In this document: positions 41,105 through 53,502 of the stretch, one piece after another
Layout: the number at the start of each line of letters is the position of its first letter
Numbering within the stretch: position 1 is the first letter of the stretch
NCBI GenBank assembly: GCA_038087875.1
Contig: CM075987.1
Location: 16,618,001 to 16,682,000, forward strand
DNA from: Malacoraja senta
Lineage: Eukaryota
Reading direction: 5' to 3'
Length of the DNA: 64,000 bases
Translations under genes and position numbers: made by a program
The notes under the pieces: generated by a model
Told to the model about the DNA's origin: nothing
Database searches by the model: none
The model's input: only the letters and a program-made list of their open reading frames with translations

Positions 41105-42315
41105 TTAGATACATTTTGGAAGGAAAGATTTCTTGGCTCCCTCGCACGTTGCCCGGCAACAACAAACCAAAAGGGACAAATGTAACCAATCAGACGATAA
41201 AGAATAAGATTTTCTTGACGTCTGACCCTTTTAAGTGTGAGGAACAAAAATCGCCGCAGTTATCAAGTGCCCCGTGGCGCACACGGCTCCTGGGCCCTAG
41301 GTCTAACTTTAAATGGAGCTGATCATCAGCCTGATGGATTTACACTGAAAAAAGTATAGTAGTGAGAATCTGGCGTAGAATCTCAGTGCTGGAAGAAACA
41401 CTCTGCCCACGTTGCTCGTGTTGGCTTTATAAAGAAAAGTCTGAAAAAGGGTCTTGACCCGAAACGTCACCCATTCCTTCGCTCCAGAGATGCTGCCTGT
41501 CCCGCTGAGTTACTCCAGCTTTGTATGTCTATCTTTTCTTTAAGAATTATCCCACTGAATTATCCACTGTGTACAGCACATAAACAGCCCCCTCGGCCCC
41601 ACGTGTCAATGTTGGCATGCTGGACTAGTCCCATTTGCGTGCATTTGGCCTAAGCCTTCTAACCCCTTCCCATCAATTTATCTGATACACCTAAAACGCA
41701 TTTTCTTTCAATGTTTCATTTTCAAATGATTGTTGTCTCAATAAGACAAACTAATTTTTTTTGGTTCTAGTTAAGAAAAAGACGATGAATATATGTAATA
41801 TAGTAATATATATATATTACATAAACCGAATGTTTACGTATATACTATATACATAGCCGCTTCGGCTTAAAAACAACATTTGTCTGTTTTGGAGGAAGAT
41901 AAAAGCGAGCGGAATATCTGTAGGGAGATTATACCGGCCAAGCGATTTATATTAAATGTGACAAATTTGACGGCTCCTAAAAATTCAGATTCAGGAACAG
42001 CATCTACCTCACTGCTACACTCCTAAACGGTCCTTCCATAAACTAGGGTGTTGTCCCGATTCTCCGACCGACCTCATTGTAGTCATTGGACCTTTCCCTC
42101 TGGAACAATTGCGCGACAATGTTGGAAAACTATATTCTGCTCCCTGGTGCTTTTCTCTTCCCTCTACCCTTTATACTCGTGTCTGGTTTTATTGTATTCA
42201 TGTATCGTATTATCCGATTTGGTTGGATAGCAGGAAAACAAAAAAATGTTAATTATACCTCGGTACACGTGACAATAATAAACCTGAACTTGAAGCCCTG
42301 TGTGTTTGGTCCCGA

Positions 42316-42379
42316 ATTCCGTGGAGGATACGAAGTTACCAATATATATATATTGGTAACTTCGTATCCTCCACGGAAT
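42316..42379. repeat. Perfect 64-bp palindrome with no spacer, followed by (TA)n to 42400
   Basis: attccgtggaggatacgaagttaccaatatat|atatattggtaacttcgtatcctccacggaat, checked base by base. Confidence 0.98.
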
Positions 42380-44597
42380 ATATATATATATATATATATA
42401 AATACATACCCCCATTTGATGGAGATTGGATCCACTTAGATATGGAACACCAAATTTCCAAATGTGATATTCATTGACTCGCAGGCAATGAAAACTTTTA
42501 AAACGTAAAAATAAATTCTGCTTTCGAACGAAATATATTTTAAATGTTTCAGATTTACCCGATAGGTCGGGCGGCCTCCGAAAGAGGCGACCTCTGGATG
42601 AACCATCAGCCGAGGAACAGGATACCAGGTTAACAGTAAATTATACCAAGATACCAATAAAGACAAGTTGAGCCGTGGAGAATACCGAAAATAAATAAAG
42701 TCAATAGCTCAGGCAGCATCTGTGGAAAAGGCAGCAATGTTAATGTTTCAAATCGACGACCCTTTCAGATGGAGACACGAGAAACTGCAGATGCTGTGAT
42801 CTTAGGTAAATCACAAAGTGCGGGAGTAACAAATTGGGTCAGGCTGCACCTGGGGAGGGAATGGATATCCGACATGTCGCCTGACCATGTAATTCTCAGA
42901 TGCTGTCTGATCATCTGAGTTACTCCGGCACTATGAGATGACTTCGTCAGAAGGAGCTCTGTGTTTGTTTCCGATTTCCAGCATGTACCGTTTTTATTTT
43001 CGAGGGTTTTTTTTGGATGAAGTTTTCGTCTTCCCGTCAGTCGTGACTCGTTCCACGTTTGATCAATTCATTCGTTTATCACAGTTTGAGGGATTTATTT
43101 TGTTGCAACTGAGATCCTTTTCAAACGCGGCGTATCCAAGTTAATGTAACAATTCCCCGCGCAGACGGCGGGGCAGCTGTTTACTTACCTGACTTGTCGC
43201 TTTGTCCCGCTTGCCATTCCGATTCGTTTTACGGGCGAACGCTTATATAAGACCAACGCAAAACAAAATCCCACCCCGTCGAAAAGTTGCAGAGGGCTGG
43301 GAATGTTGGATAAAAGTGTTCGTGAAACCATTCATAAATAACAGAATGAATTAAAACAAAAGTTTAAAAAAACAAGGCGTTTTCAGCTCATTTTTCCCTC
43401 CCGCGGGTATCAATTTTTGAATTATTATTTACATTTTTAAATAGATTTCAGTAGTTCAAATAACATCAATTACAACGACCATCTAATTTGTTGCTGGGGC
43501 TATGGGGGTTAAAACGACGAAGAGGAGGGGTTATAAATAATTCAACTGAAAATCCTCTCCTGTACCTCTCTACCCCCCCCCCCCCCCCCTTCTCACGTTT
43601 AAGAAGCTTTTAGTTTCCCGACTTAACAGTTCTGGCGCGATTGGATGTTAAAATCTGTTTGAGAAAGTCCTTGGGGCGGTGTTGAAGGCACCAAGGTGTC
43701 TATAAATGCAAATCCTAGCTCTCGGGGACAATATTCGTCGAGGGAGTAAGTTTAATGCAAGATTAAGGAAGGAAGACATTTGGTAAAGGTGACTCTTTTG
43801 GACACGGGGTGGTGAGAGTGCGAAGTGCCCTGGTCTTGGGCACGGAAGAGGACAAGTGGCCGAATGGAGGACCAAACATCCAAGCTGTTTGCCGTTCGCC
43901 TGCCTCCGCGCTGCCATCTCTACATTTTGAGATGGTCCCTGCAGCTGGTGTCAAGTTTATAAACGGATCTGGATTCACGATGCAAGCTTTCGCGACGACT
44001 CCCTCTCGTGACCACTTCTTGCATGGCCGCTTGATCATTTCAGCCCAGCTATGGAGAGGGAGTGGGTAAATAGACCATATCTGCTGGATTCGAACGGCAA
44101 GGCAACCTCCTGACCTGACTGCGTTACCCACAGATGATAGGCATATCGGCTATTCATTGATTAGAGTAAAGCCCCGAAGAATGTCAAAGCGAGCCGGAGT
44201 TAAGGCTGTCGTTGATGGAGTTAAATGCAACATTGCGCTGTATTCAGGACTGTGGTCAGTTATGCACAGTGCTTCACATCTGCATCAGTTATCCAGCGAG
44301 CACAGAATGTGCCACACAGACACCACCCGGAACATTTTTCCCTGTGCAAAATACACACCTGTAACAGCGATCCAAGTGCTGTGCAGTTATCACATCTGTA
44401 TAGGAATTTCCTTTGAAAGTCATCTAAGTCCAGCGTGAGAAGAGCTTCGTTGAGGAAATGCACGGACTCTTGGGAACCACTGGGCCGTGACACGTCAGAA
44501 TGGAGAGGGATCCAGGATGGTATTGAGAAACCCCGCGTCCATGCATAAGGAGCGTAGAGAAACCCGGCGTAATAGACGAAAGGAACATGCCTGCCTA

Positions 44598-45285
44598 ATT
44601 TAGTTTATTGTCACGTGTACCGAGATACAGTGGAAAGCTTTTTGTTGTGTGCTATCCAGTCAAAATTAAAAAAAACAATTATACATAGTTACAATCAAGT
44701 CGTCCGTAGTGTACAGATACAAGATACATGGTATAACGTTTAGTGCAAGATAACGTCCAGCAAAGTCCGATTTAAGATAGTTCGATGGTCTCCATTGAGA
44801 CACGGTAGGTCAGAACCGCTCTCTTGTGAGAGGATGGTTCAGTGGCCTGATATAGACACAAATGCTGGAGTAGCTCTGGGGGACAGGCAGCATCTCTGGA
44901 GAGAAGGAATGGGTGACGATTCTGGTCGAGACCCTTCTTCATAATAGCTGGGAAGAAACTGTCCCTGAGTCTGGAGATATGCGTTTTCAAACTTCTGTAC
45001 CTCTTGCCTGCTGGGAGAGAAGTGAAGAGGGAGTGACCGTGGTGAGGCTGGTCCTTGATTCTGCTGTTTAAGAAGGAACTGCAGATGCTGGAAAATCGAA
45101 GGTAGACAAAAGTGCTGGAGAAACTCAGCGGGTGCAGCAGCATCTATGGAGCGAAGGAAATAGGCAACGTTTCGGGCCGAAACGTTGCCTATTTCCTTCG
45201 CTCCATAGATGCTGCTGCACCTGCTGAGTTTCTCCAGCACTTTTGTCTACCTTGATTCTGCTGCGGGCCTTGTTGAGGCCCAGCC
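44598..45285 (-). mobile_element. Rex1/Babar-type LINE 3' fragment with two nested PLE-derived insertions
   Basis: IKDQPHHGHSLFTSLPAGKRYRSLKTHISRLRDSFFPAI. Confidence 0.65.
45067..45253. mobile_element. Fold-back PLE-derived insertion with 77-bp inverted arms and flanking direct repeats
   Basis: Arms 45099-45175 and 45177-45253 are complementary except for one G-T. Direct repeat ccttgattctgctg at 45053-45066 and 45250-45263. Confidence 0.85.
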
Positions 45286-45892
45286 ACCTGTTCCGGGAGA
45301 TATCCGTTCCCATTCCCATCCATGATAGAGTCTCCGGTTTCCACGTTCACCTCATCAGCAAGCCACCCTCAATCCCGAGGAAGCCCCCGAGAAGAATAAC
45401 TCTCAGTAATGCAGAACACCGCGTCGGGAACATCAGTACCCTCTGAACATGATCCACCCAATGGGCACCTCAGAACATCAACCCTACTGTTCCATGGTGA
45501 AGCAGCTGCGGAAGTTAAGCACATCTGGAATGACGTCACCGTTGCTACACAGCTTGTGCATTCAGAATGGTACTCCTGGTGCCCACTGAGATGCCAATGG
45601 ATTGGCACAAGTTGAATAACAGGTCTGGTCCTACTCAGCCGGGTCGGCCGCACTGGAGAGCCAGTTCCCGCTTGGTACAGCCTCGTGACTGATTAATCCA
45701 TCAGGTGGAGGTGTTTCATGTTCACGGTCTCTCTGCACTTCACCTGATTGATTCAGGCATCATGTGCACAACGTGGCTACAGATCAGGGTTAACAGGGGA
45801 ATTTACTAATAAACACATTAATCGTCAATTTTCCAAAATTTACATGCTTTTCAGATCCTATTTTTTCAAATTTGACTGATAATTTTCATCAA

Positions 45893-47370
45893 CCATAGAA
45901 ACATAGAAAATAGGTGCAGGAGGAGGCCATTCGGCCCTTCGAGCCAGCACCGCCATTCATTGTGATCATGGCTGATCGTCCCCAATCAATAACCCGTGCC
46001 TGCCTTCTCCCCATAATCACTTGATTCCACTAGCCCCTAGAGCTCTCTTAAATCCATCCAGTGACTTGACATCCACTGCCCTCTGTGGCAGGGAATTCCA
46101 CAAATTCACCACTCTCTGGGTGAAAATGTTTTTTCTCACCTCAGTCTTAAATGGCTTCCCCTTTATTCTAAGACTGTGGCCCCTGGTTCTGGACTCGCCC
46201 AACATTGGGAACATTTTTCCTGCATCTAGCTTGTCCAGTTCTTTTATAATTTTATATGTGACCCTACGCTGCACTGCCTCAATCACAAGGATGGCCTTCC
46301 TCAAATTAGGAGATCAAAACTGTATGCAATACTCCAGTTGATGTACCATGTCATACATGATACATGAAAGGACATATACAGGGGGGTCAGTAAATTATAT
46401 GTTGTTGCGCCTGTTAAACTGGTCCTTGTACACTTGTAATATTTATCTTTATTGCTAAATGGTGTTTTGTGATACCTTCTGCAGTTTCATCGCTTTTTGC
46501 TTCGATATGCAGATGGTTTATAGTTCCTTGGCAGTGCCCATCCACTTATAAGTGAAACATAGAAACATAGAAACATAGAAAATAGGTGCAGGAGTAGGCC
46601 ATTCGGCCCTTCGAGCCTGCACCGCCATTCAATATGATCATGGCTGATCATCCAACTCAGTATCCTGTACCTGCTTTATCTCCATACCCCTTGATCCCTT
46701 TAGCCACAAGGGCCACATCTAACTCCCTCTTAAATATAGCCAATGAACTGGCCTCAACTACATTCTGTGGCAGAGAATTCCAGAGATTCACCACTCTCTG
46801 TAAAAAATGTTTTTCTCATCTCAGTCCTAAAAGATTTCCCCTTTATCCTTAAACTGTGACCCCTTGTTCTGGACTTCCCCAACATCGGGAACAATCTTCC
46901 TGCATCTAGCCTGTCCAACCCTTAAGAATTTTGTAAGTTTCTATAAGATCCCCCCTCAATCTTCTTGCGAAGCGAAGGTTGTCATTAATTTGGAAAAGGC
47001 TCAGAAGAGATTGGCCAGGATGTTACCTGGGCTTGCGGGTTTGAGTTAAAGGGAGAGGTTTGATATGCTATTTTCTTTTGGACTGTAGGAGGCTGAGGGG
47101 TGAAGTTATTCATATACATGATCACGAGGGGCATGGATAAAGTCGATGCTCACAATCTTTCCCCCAGGTTGTGGGATGCTAAAACTAGAGGGTATAAGTT
47201 CAAAGTGAGAGGGGAGAGGTTTGAGAGGGACCTCAGAGTCTGTATCTAAGATGAGCTGACAGAGGAAGCAATAGAAACGAATACAATTAGGATGTTTAAA
47301 AGACTTGGACAAATATATAGATTGGAAGACTCCAAAGGGATGGGGGCCAAATGCAAGCAAATGGGATTCG
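45893..47370. mobile_element. Cluster of CR1-like 3' fragments (45893-46340 -, 46555-46965 -, 46970-47370 +)
   Basis: KLDAGKMFPMLGESRTRGHSLRIKG...FTQRVVNLWNSLP and (acatagaa)n tails. Confidence 0.85.
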
Positions 47371-47384
47371 CCGTGTGTTCCAAC

Positions 47385-47765
47385 ATGAACGCAAATTGGA
47401 GGGACAACACCTCATATTTCACTTCTTACACCTGAGCGGTATGAATATTGCCTTCTCTCACTTCAGGTAACCCTTGCCTTCCCTCTCTCTCCATCCCTCC
47501 CCCGTTCCCAGTTAGTCGACTAGTCTGACTGTCCTTGTTTACATATTATCTCTGTTTGCTTTGTTGTTAACTTCTCCTAGCTAACAATGATCTATTCTAC
47601 ATCCGTTTTGATCCCAATTCCCTTTGTCTCGTTTTCACACCTTACACTTCCTTATCTCTGTATCTCCCTCTCCCCCGACTCAGTCTGAAGAAGGGTCTCG
47701 ACCCGAATCCTTCTCTTCAGAGATGCTGCCTGTCCCGCTGAGTTACTCCAGCTTTTTGTGTCTAA
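47385..47765 (+). mobile_element. PLE 3' fragment (end of GIY-YIG, 3' UTR, truncated hammerhead motif)
   Basis: cgcaaattggagggacaacacctcatatttc...ggtatgaatattg corresponds to the RKLE.QHLIF...GMNI region. cagtctgaagaagggtctcgacccgaa at about 47681. Confidence 0.8.
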
Positions 47766-48764
47766 CTTGGTCGACAAGTTGGGCTGAAGGGCCGGGTTGT
47801 GGAGCTCCGTGACTCTCTGACTCCCCTGAGGAACTGTTCACGTATTTTCTGGACTGTAGCTCCTGTGAGATTGATTGGAACCCGTTTTTACAACTCTTTG
47901 ACTGTATTATCCCTCGCAGTATTTGTTTTAGGATTCATTTTGGGCAGTTTTCACTTTTATTAACCTCCGACAAAATCAAATATTTTCATTTCTTAAAAGG
48001 TTCTCCAATGATGCCTGAACTTTTCCGTGTCTATAAACGCAAATCGGTAACAATGACAATCACAGATTAGTTATGATTATGATGCTTTATTATCACATGT
48101 GAGACCTTTGTACACGGTGTGCAAATACTCGCCACGTACAGGGCGCCGACAAAGATTAGTTCCAGCGTTATCGTTGGTTTAGTTTTAGTTTTAGATAATT
48201 CTCCCAACAAAGTTTCGTTCTCTTTTATATCATCCCAAATACCACCTCGCTCGCCTTTTACACTGCCTGCCTGCCTGCCTGCCCGGTAGCTCGCACGAGC
48301 ATTTCAAAACGCAGGTGCAGTATTTTTTAAAAATAAAACAAAATGTACTCGGCTGATATTTACTGCTGGCGCCAATCCGCGTGATCACTGAAAACAAAGC
48401 CAGTTTTACGGATGGGAGGTGTATTCCCGTTTTTATTGCTGTTAAACCTGACATTTTAAGTCCCAGGTGTGTAAGACAAGGCTTCCCTTCTGTCCCAGAC
48501 TCCGGCATAGTCAGCGCGCCGGCACTCATCCACACACAAGCAAGTTTAACCCGGATATATTGTACCCACACTCTGGGTTATCAACACTGACAGCTTCCAA
48601 TTTGCAGATAGATTAGCATTAGTGCACACAGATATCGTGTGCAGTTATATAATTGCCTAGGTGTTCTCGTTCAACTCTGCAGGCATGTTGACACACACCA
48701 CACCGCTCACCCACACAGGCTCACTGTGTAGAGTGGTTCACAAACAGCAGTAAACACGCTCACC

Positions 48765-48765
<1 letters not shown>

Positions 48766-48842
<77 letters not shown>

Positions 48843-48856
48843 AACAAACACACACA

Positions 48857-48939
<83 letters not shown>
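48766..48939. repeat. Long interrupted (CA)n microsatellite
   Basis: Direct reading. Confidence 0.99.
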
Positions 48940-48941
<2 letters not shown>

Positions 48942-51559
48942 GCTCCCGTTCATTCACAGGTTCTCCCATACAAAAACACAAACCCATTCACTCACCGCGA
49001 ACACTGACACACACGTGCAAATATTCGACATTGCTACGGAGCGTTTGCATTCTGCCGACGCGTCGCTGATCTGAACCATCAACAATTTCTTCACAGATGC
49101 TGCCTGTCCTACTGAGTATTTCCAGCTTTCTGATTTACAGAGGGTCCAAGTGATGTACAGAGAGTCTGAGAAATGTGCAGCGCATAACTTGCCCTTTGGC
49201 CCATCTTACCTATGCCAACTCAGTTAGCATACTGGACTTGTCCTACTTGCCTGCATTTGGCCCATATACCTCCAATCTCTTCCTAGCCATATATACGTCC
49301 AAATGTATTTTAAAAGTCATAATTGTATCTACTTTTATAACTTCTTCTGGCAGCACATCCCAAATATGGACTTCCATCTGAGTGAAAAGGTCGCCCCTGA
49401 GGTCACTCCCCTCTCATCTTAAGCCTCTGTCCTCTACCTTTAGAATATTCTACGCTAGGACAAAGACTGTGAGCGTTTCACATTATCCATGCCCCTCATG
49501 ATCTTGTACATCTCAATAAAGTCATCCCTCGGCTTCTTATGCATCAAAGCATAAAGTTACAGCCTATCCAACCTCTTCCAGGCAACATCCTGGTGAAAAC
49601 ACAAGGAATTGGAGATGTTGGAATCTTTGGTAGAACTCAAAGTCTGGAGTAACTCAATGAGTCAGACAGCATCTCTGGAGGATATGGATAAACGACATTT
49701 TGGATCAGGACCCTTCTGCAGACCTTCATATTGGTGAATCTCTTCAGCACACTCTCCACTATAATGACATCCTTCCTTTAGTTGGGAAACCAGAACTGCA
49801 CACAGTTCAGACAGGCTGATGCCTTGGCTTAGTGCCCGGGACTCTAGATAAATCTAGGATATGAATAAGAGTTGTGTTAAGGGAAGAAATGAAGAGAGAT
49901 TTCAAGCTAATTTTGGGTAGGCCAAACTTAGGGGCATTATCTCAAGGTTAGCATTGAGACCACTACAGGTTGCGATTTACACCATTTTTGTTCTGTAAGA
50001 TGGGAAATCTTGCAGAGTCACATCTGAAAATGATAAATGATGAGGAGGCAGATGACTCAAATAGAAATAGGTTAGTAAGTGGGAGGAACAAAGGGGACTC
50101 ATACTTGATGAATGTAAGGGTAAAACAACTACACATGGGAAAGAACAGGTGATCCACACAGCTCATGAATATTATTAAACAGGGTAAGGCAGAAGTCGGA
50201 AGAGATGTCGGAGTCCCAGCGGGCTGAACATTGTGCCCCTTCTATAGAAGAAGGAAACCAGTGACCAGAGAATGGAGGCACAAAAGACTGCAGAATCTTG
50301 AGCAAAACACAAAATGCTGGAGGACCTCAATAGATCAGGCAGCATCTGCAGAGGGAATGGACAAACAATGATTGGAGTCAGGACCCTTCGTCAGAAGGAA
50401 CAGGGAATGGTGGTGTTTGTGAATCAGCAACGGAACTAGAGGGGAGATGATGACAAAATGATTCTAGCAACGGGTTGTTGTGATTGGAAATCACAGCCTG
50501 ATAGGGTTAAAAGAGAATTAAGTAAAAAATAAAAATGGAGAAACCAGCAGGGTTGGAGATGCATTGGCAAAATATTTCAAGGGTTTGGCAGGAATATAGA
50601 GACCCCCCCCCCCACTCCACAGTCTTTCCTCTCTCCCCATCCCCTTTCACCCATCTCCCTCCCTCCGGCTTTACATTTCACTCTTCCTCTTCTCTCCTTA
50701 TCTGACAACATTTTGTCTCCTTTTCACCTCTAGCCTTTGTCACTTACTCCACCCATCTGCCAATGAACGTCCTTCACGTGTATCCAACTATCATCTGTGT
50801 AGAAAGGAACTGCAGATGCTGGTATATACCGAAGAGAAACAAGATTCTCGTTTACAAAAAAAACACTGGATTAACTCAGCAGCAGGTTGCCTGACTTGCT
50901 AAATTACTCCCGCACTTTGTGTCCATCTATTATTTGCCAGGCTTTGCCCTGCTCCCAGCTCTCTCTTCCAGCTTTTCCCCCATACTCTATCAGTTTGAAG
51001 AAGGGACCGGACCCAAAACATTGTCTGTCCATTCCCTCCGCAGATGTCTGACCTACTGGGTTCTTCCAGCACTTTGTGTTTTACTGGAGATTGATTATGA
51101 GGCCAATTTACCTACAAACTTGCCTGCCTTTGGGATGTGGGAGGAAATGCGGTCACAGTGAGAACATGCAAACTCTACACAGAGAGCACCCAAGATCAGG
51201 ATTGAACCAGAGTCTCTCGGGCTGTGAGACAGCAGCTCTATGAGGTGTGCGTGCCACTGTGCCAACCATATACTGCTCAACAAAGTGACCACTGAGCCAA
51301 ATTGCTGATGCTGCTGAATGGATCCTATACCTACAGTCAGGGTGGGAAGATGGAGCAAATGGAGAGATTGTCTTGTTGTAAAGCATAATGTTAACTGAGG
51401 AGGAAGCTTCCATCTTGATGTCTTTCTGCCCTCTAGTGGTATTGATCAGAAATAGCCTAAATAGAAATAGCAGAAATAGTCTAAAAAACTTGGAAACGTG
51501 AGCTTTGAGTGGATGTTTTAATTTTATTTACTCATTTTCTTTTCAAGATCTGGGCATTA

Positions 51560-51810
51560 ATCATAATTGTAACCATACTTTATTAGCCAAGTATGTTTTG
51601 CAACATACGAGGAATTTGATTTGCCATACAGTCATACCATTAAAAAGCAACAAAACACACAAAATAAATTTAAACATAAACATCCACCACAGTGACTCCT
51701 CCACATTCCTCACTGTGATGGAAGGCGAAAAAAAGTTCAATCTCTTCCCATCTTTATTCTCCCGTGGTCGAGGGCCTTGAGTCTTCCGTTGACGGGACGA
51801 TCTTGGCTCC
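51560..51810 (-). mobile_element. 5'-truncated copy of the tail-type-B retroposon
   Basis: Reverse complement closely matches 4300-4522. Confidence 0.75.
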
Positions 51811-53007
51811 ACAGATTCACTACCCTGTGATAAAGAAATTCCTCCTCATCTCCTTCCTAAAAGAACATCCTTTAATTCTGAGGCTTTGACCTCTAGTCTA
51901 GACCTTCCCACTATAAGGCTCCCACTGTAAGTGCTGTAAGGCAGCAACTCTACCGCTGCGCCAGCGTGCCGCCCTTGTTCCTGTTGGATAACATCAGTTT
52001 CTGTCATCCTCAATTTCATACTGGATCTTCTTCCTCATTCACTAAGAGTCCTAGACCCAAACAACACTGAAACAGACTCTTTGCCCGGCTGAACTAGTCC
52101 CTTTTGCCCACATTTGGCCCATATCTCTCTAAACCTTTCCTATCCATGTACCTGGCCAAATGTCTTTCAAATGCTGTTATGCTACCTGCCTTAACTACCT
52201 CCTTTGGCAGCTCGTTCCATATGCCAACTACTCTGTGCAAAAGTTGCTCCTCAGCTTTCTATTAAATTTTTTCTCTTTCACCTTAAACCTGGTACAGGGG
52301 AAACGGAAGGATTTTCACTAATAGTGCCCAACAGAGGGAGCTATATCCCAGGACCAAGCTTTTCATTTGTGGAGAGACAGCAGTACAGGCATGGAGGCTG
52401 CAACCCATCATTTAGGATCTCCGTCCATTTACTGCCAAGCATGTTCTGTCAGTCTACCTTGTAACCTCTGAATCTTTGTTTTAGGGATGTAGACCAGCAT
52501 TCTCCTACATCGAGCCTTCCTTACTGGCTGTGTCTGGACAGTTAATATCAGTGAGTTATTCAACCTTAGAATGTATCATGCAACTTGTTAATCAGCTGGC
52601 ATTTCCTACTTCATCTTCCTCAGGCAATTTCTCTCTTAGTGCAGCAGACTGCTGGTTTGATAATATAAAAACTAGGCCAAAATCCTCATTTAATAAATAA
52701 TCAGATATTTAATAAATGCTGGAATGAAAAAAAAAACAATGAGAAAATGTAAGGTGCAATGTGCCATCTTGATTAACTGCCCTGAATGAAGAAGTGTGTT
52801 CAGTCAATATTGTACCAGGCGAAAGTGTCGGGCAAACTTTAAACAGCAAGATCCCACAAAAAAACAATGTCATCTTGAACTGTTGACCTGATAATGGATG
52901 AATAAGTCTCTGAGGATCTTAGCTAAAAGAAGCGCTGGTATTAATGGGGTCAAGGTACCACATCTAGTACTGTGCCAGGAATTAAAGCAATTTAGTTGGG
53001 AAAAAAA

Positions 53008-53440
53008 GAGTCAAGAGTCAAATCAAGAATCAAGCGTGTTTAATTGTCATGTGTACCAGCAACAGAATATTGAAATTCTTACTTGCTGCAACTTAACCAT
53101 CCTGTAAATGCAATAAATACAGATAAATATAATTGTGAATAAATACAGTAAATTAATAACCATAATACCAGGTAGCCATAACAGTGCAAACCCAAAATCC
53201 ATGGTGAAACCAAAGGCACAATCCATAGAAGATCATAGTTGAGGTCAGTGTTGTGCAATGGTTGCTAGGAGGAAGCTTTTCTGGGACCTGATGGTCATGG
53301 TTTTCAGGCTTCTGTACCTTCTTCCCAATGATAGTGGTGAGCTGAAAGCATGTCAAGGATGGTGTGGTGCCTTTGATGATACTGGCTGACACTTTGAGAG
53401 AGCACCTTCTGTAGATCTCTTCGATGGTGGGGAGTTCAAC
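53008..53440 (-). mobile_element. Rex1/Babar-type LINE 3' fragment
   Basis: Homologous to 2285-2810, with a (cttga)n-type tail at about 53010-53035. Confidence 0.6.
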
Positions 53441-53467
53441 AGCTCAGTGACCGCTGGGAAAGAAAAG

Positions 53468-53502
53468 AGGAGGAGGAGGAGGAGGAGGAGGAGGAGGAGG
53501 AG
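53468..53502. repeat. (GGA)n microsatellite
   Basis: Direct reading. Confidence 0.95.

Larger units (their letters stand above)
40742..42699. repeat. 81-bp diverged inverted repeat pair (40742-40822 and 42619-42699)
   Basis: Ungapped manual alignment gives 64 of 81 identical. Confidence 0.85.

Noticed and set aside
42328..42367. loxP-like half sites (atacgaagtta ... taacttcgtat) within the palindrome
   Set aside because: Only 11 bp of the 13-bp arm match, the arms face the wrong way relative to loxP, the spacing is wrong, and no recombinase or vector sequence is nearby. The second half is just the palindromic copy of the first.
43648..44493. Cluster of overlapping 60-120 aa ORFs in CpG-rich unique DNA
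   Set aside because: No recognisable domain or consistent splice structure. Expected by chance in GC-richer sequence.
48707..48987. ORFs of poly-(CV)
   Set aside because: Translations of the (CA)n microsatellite.
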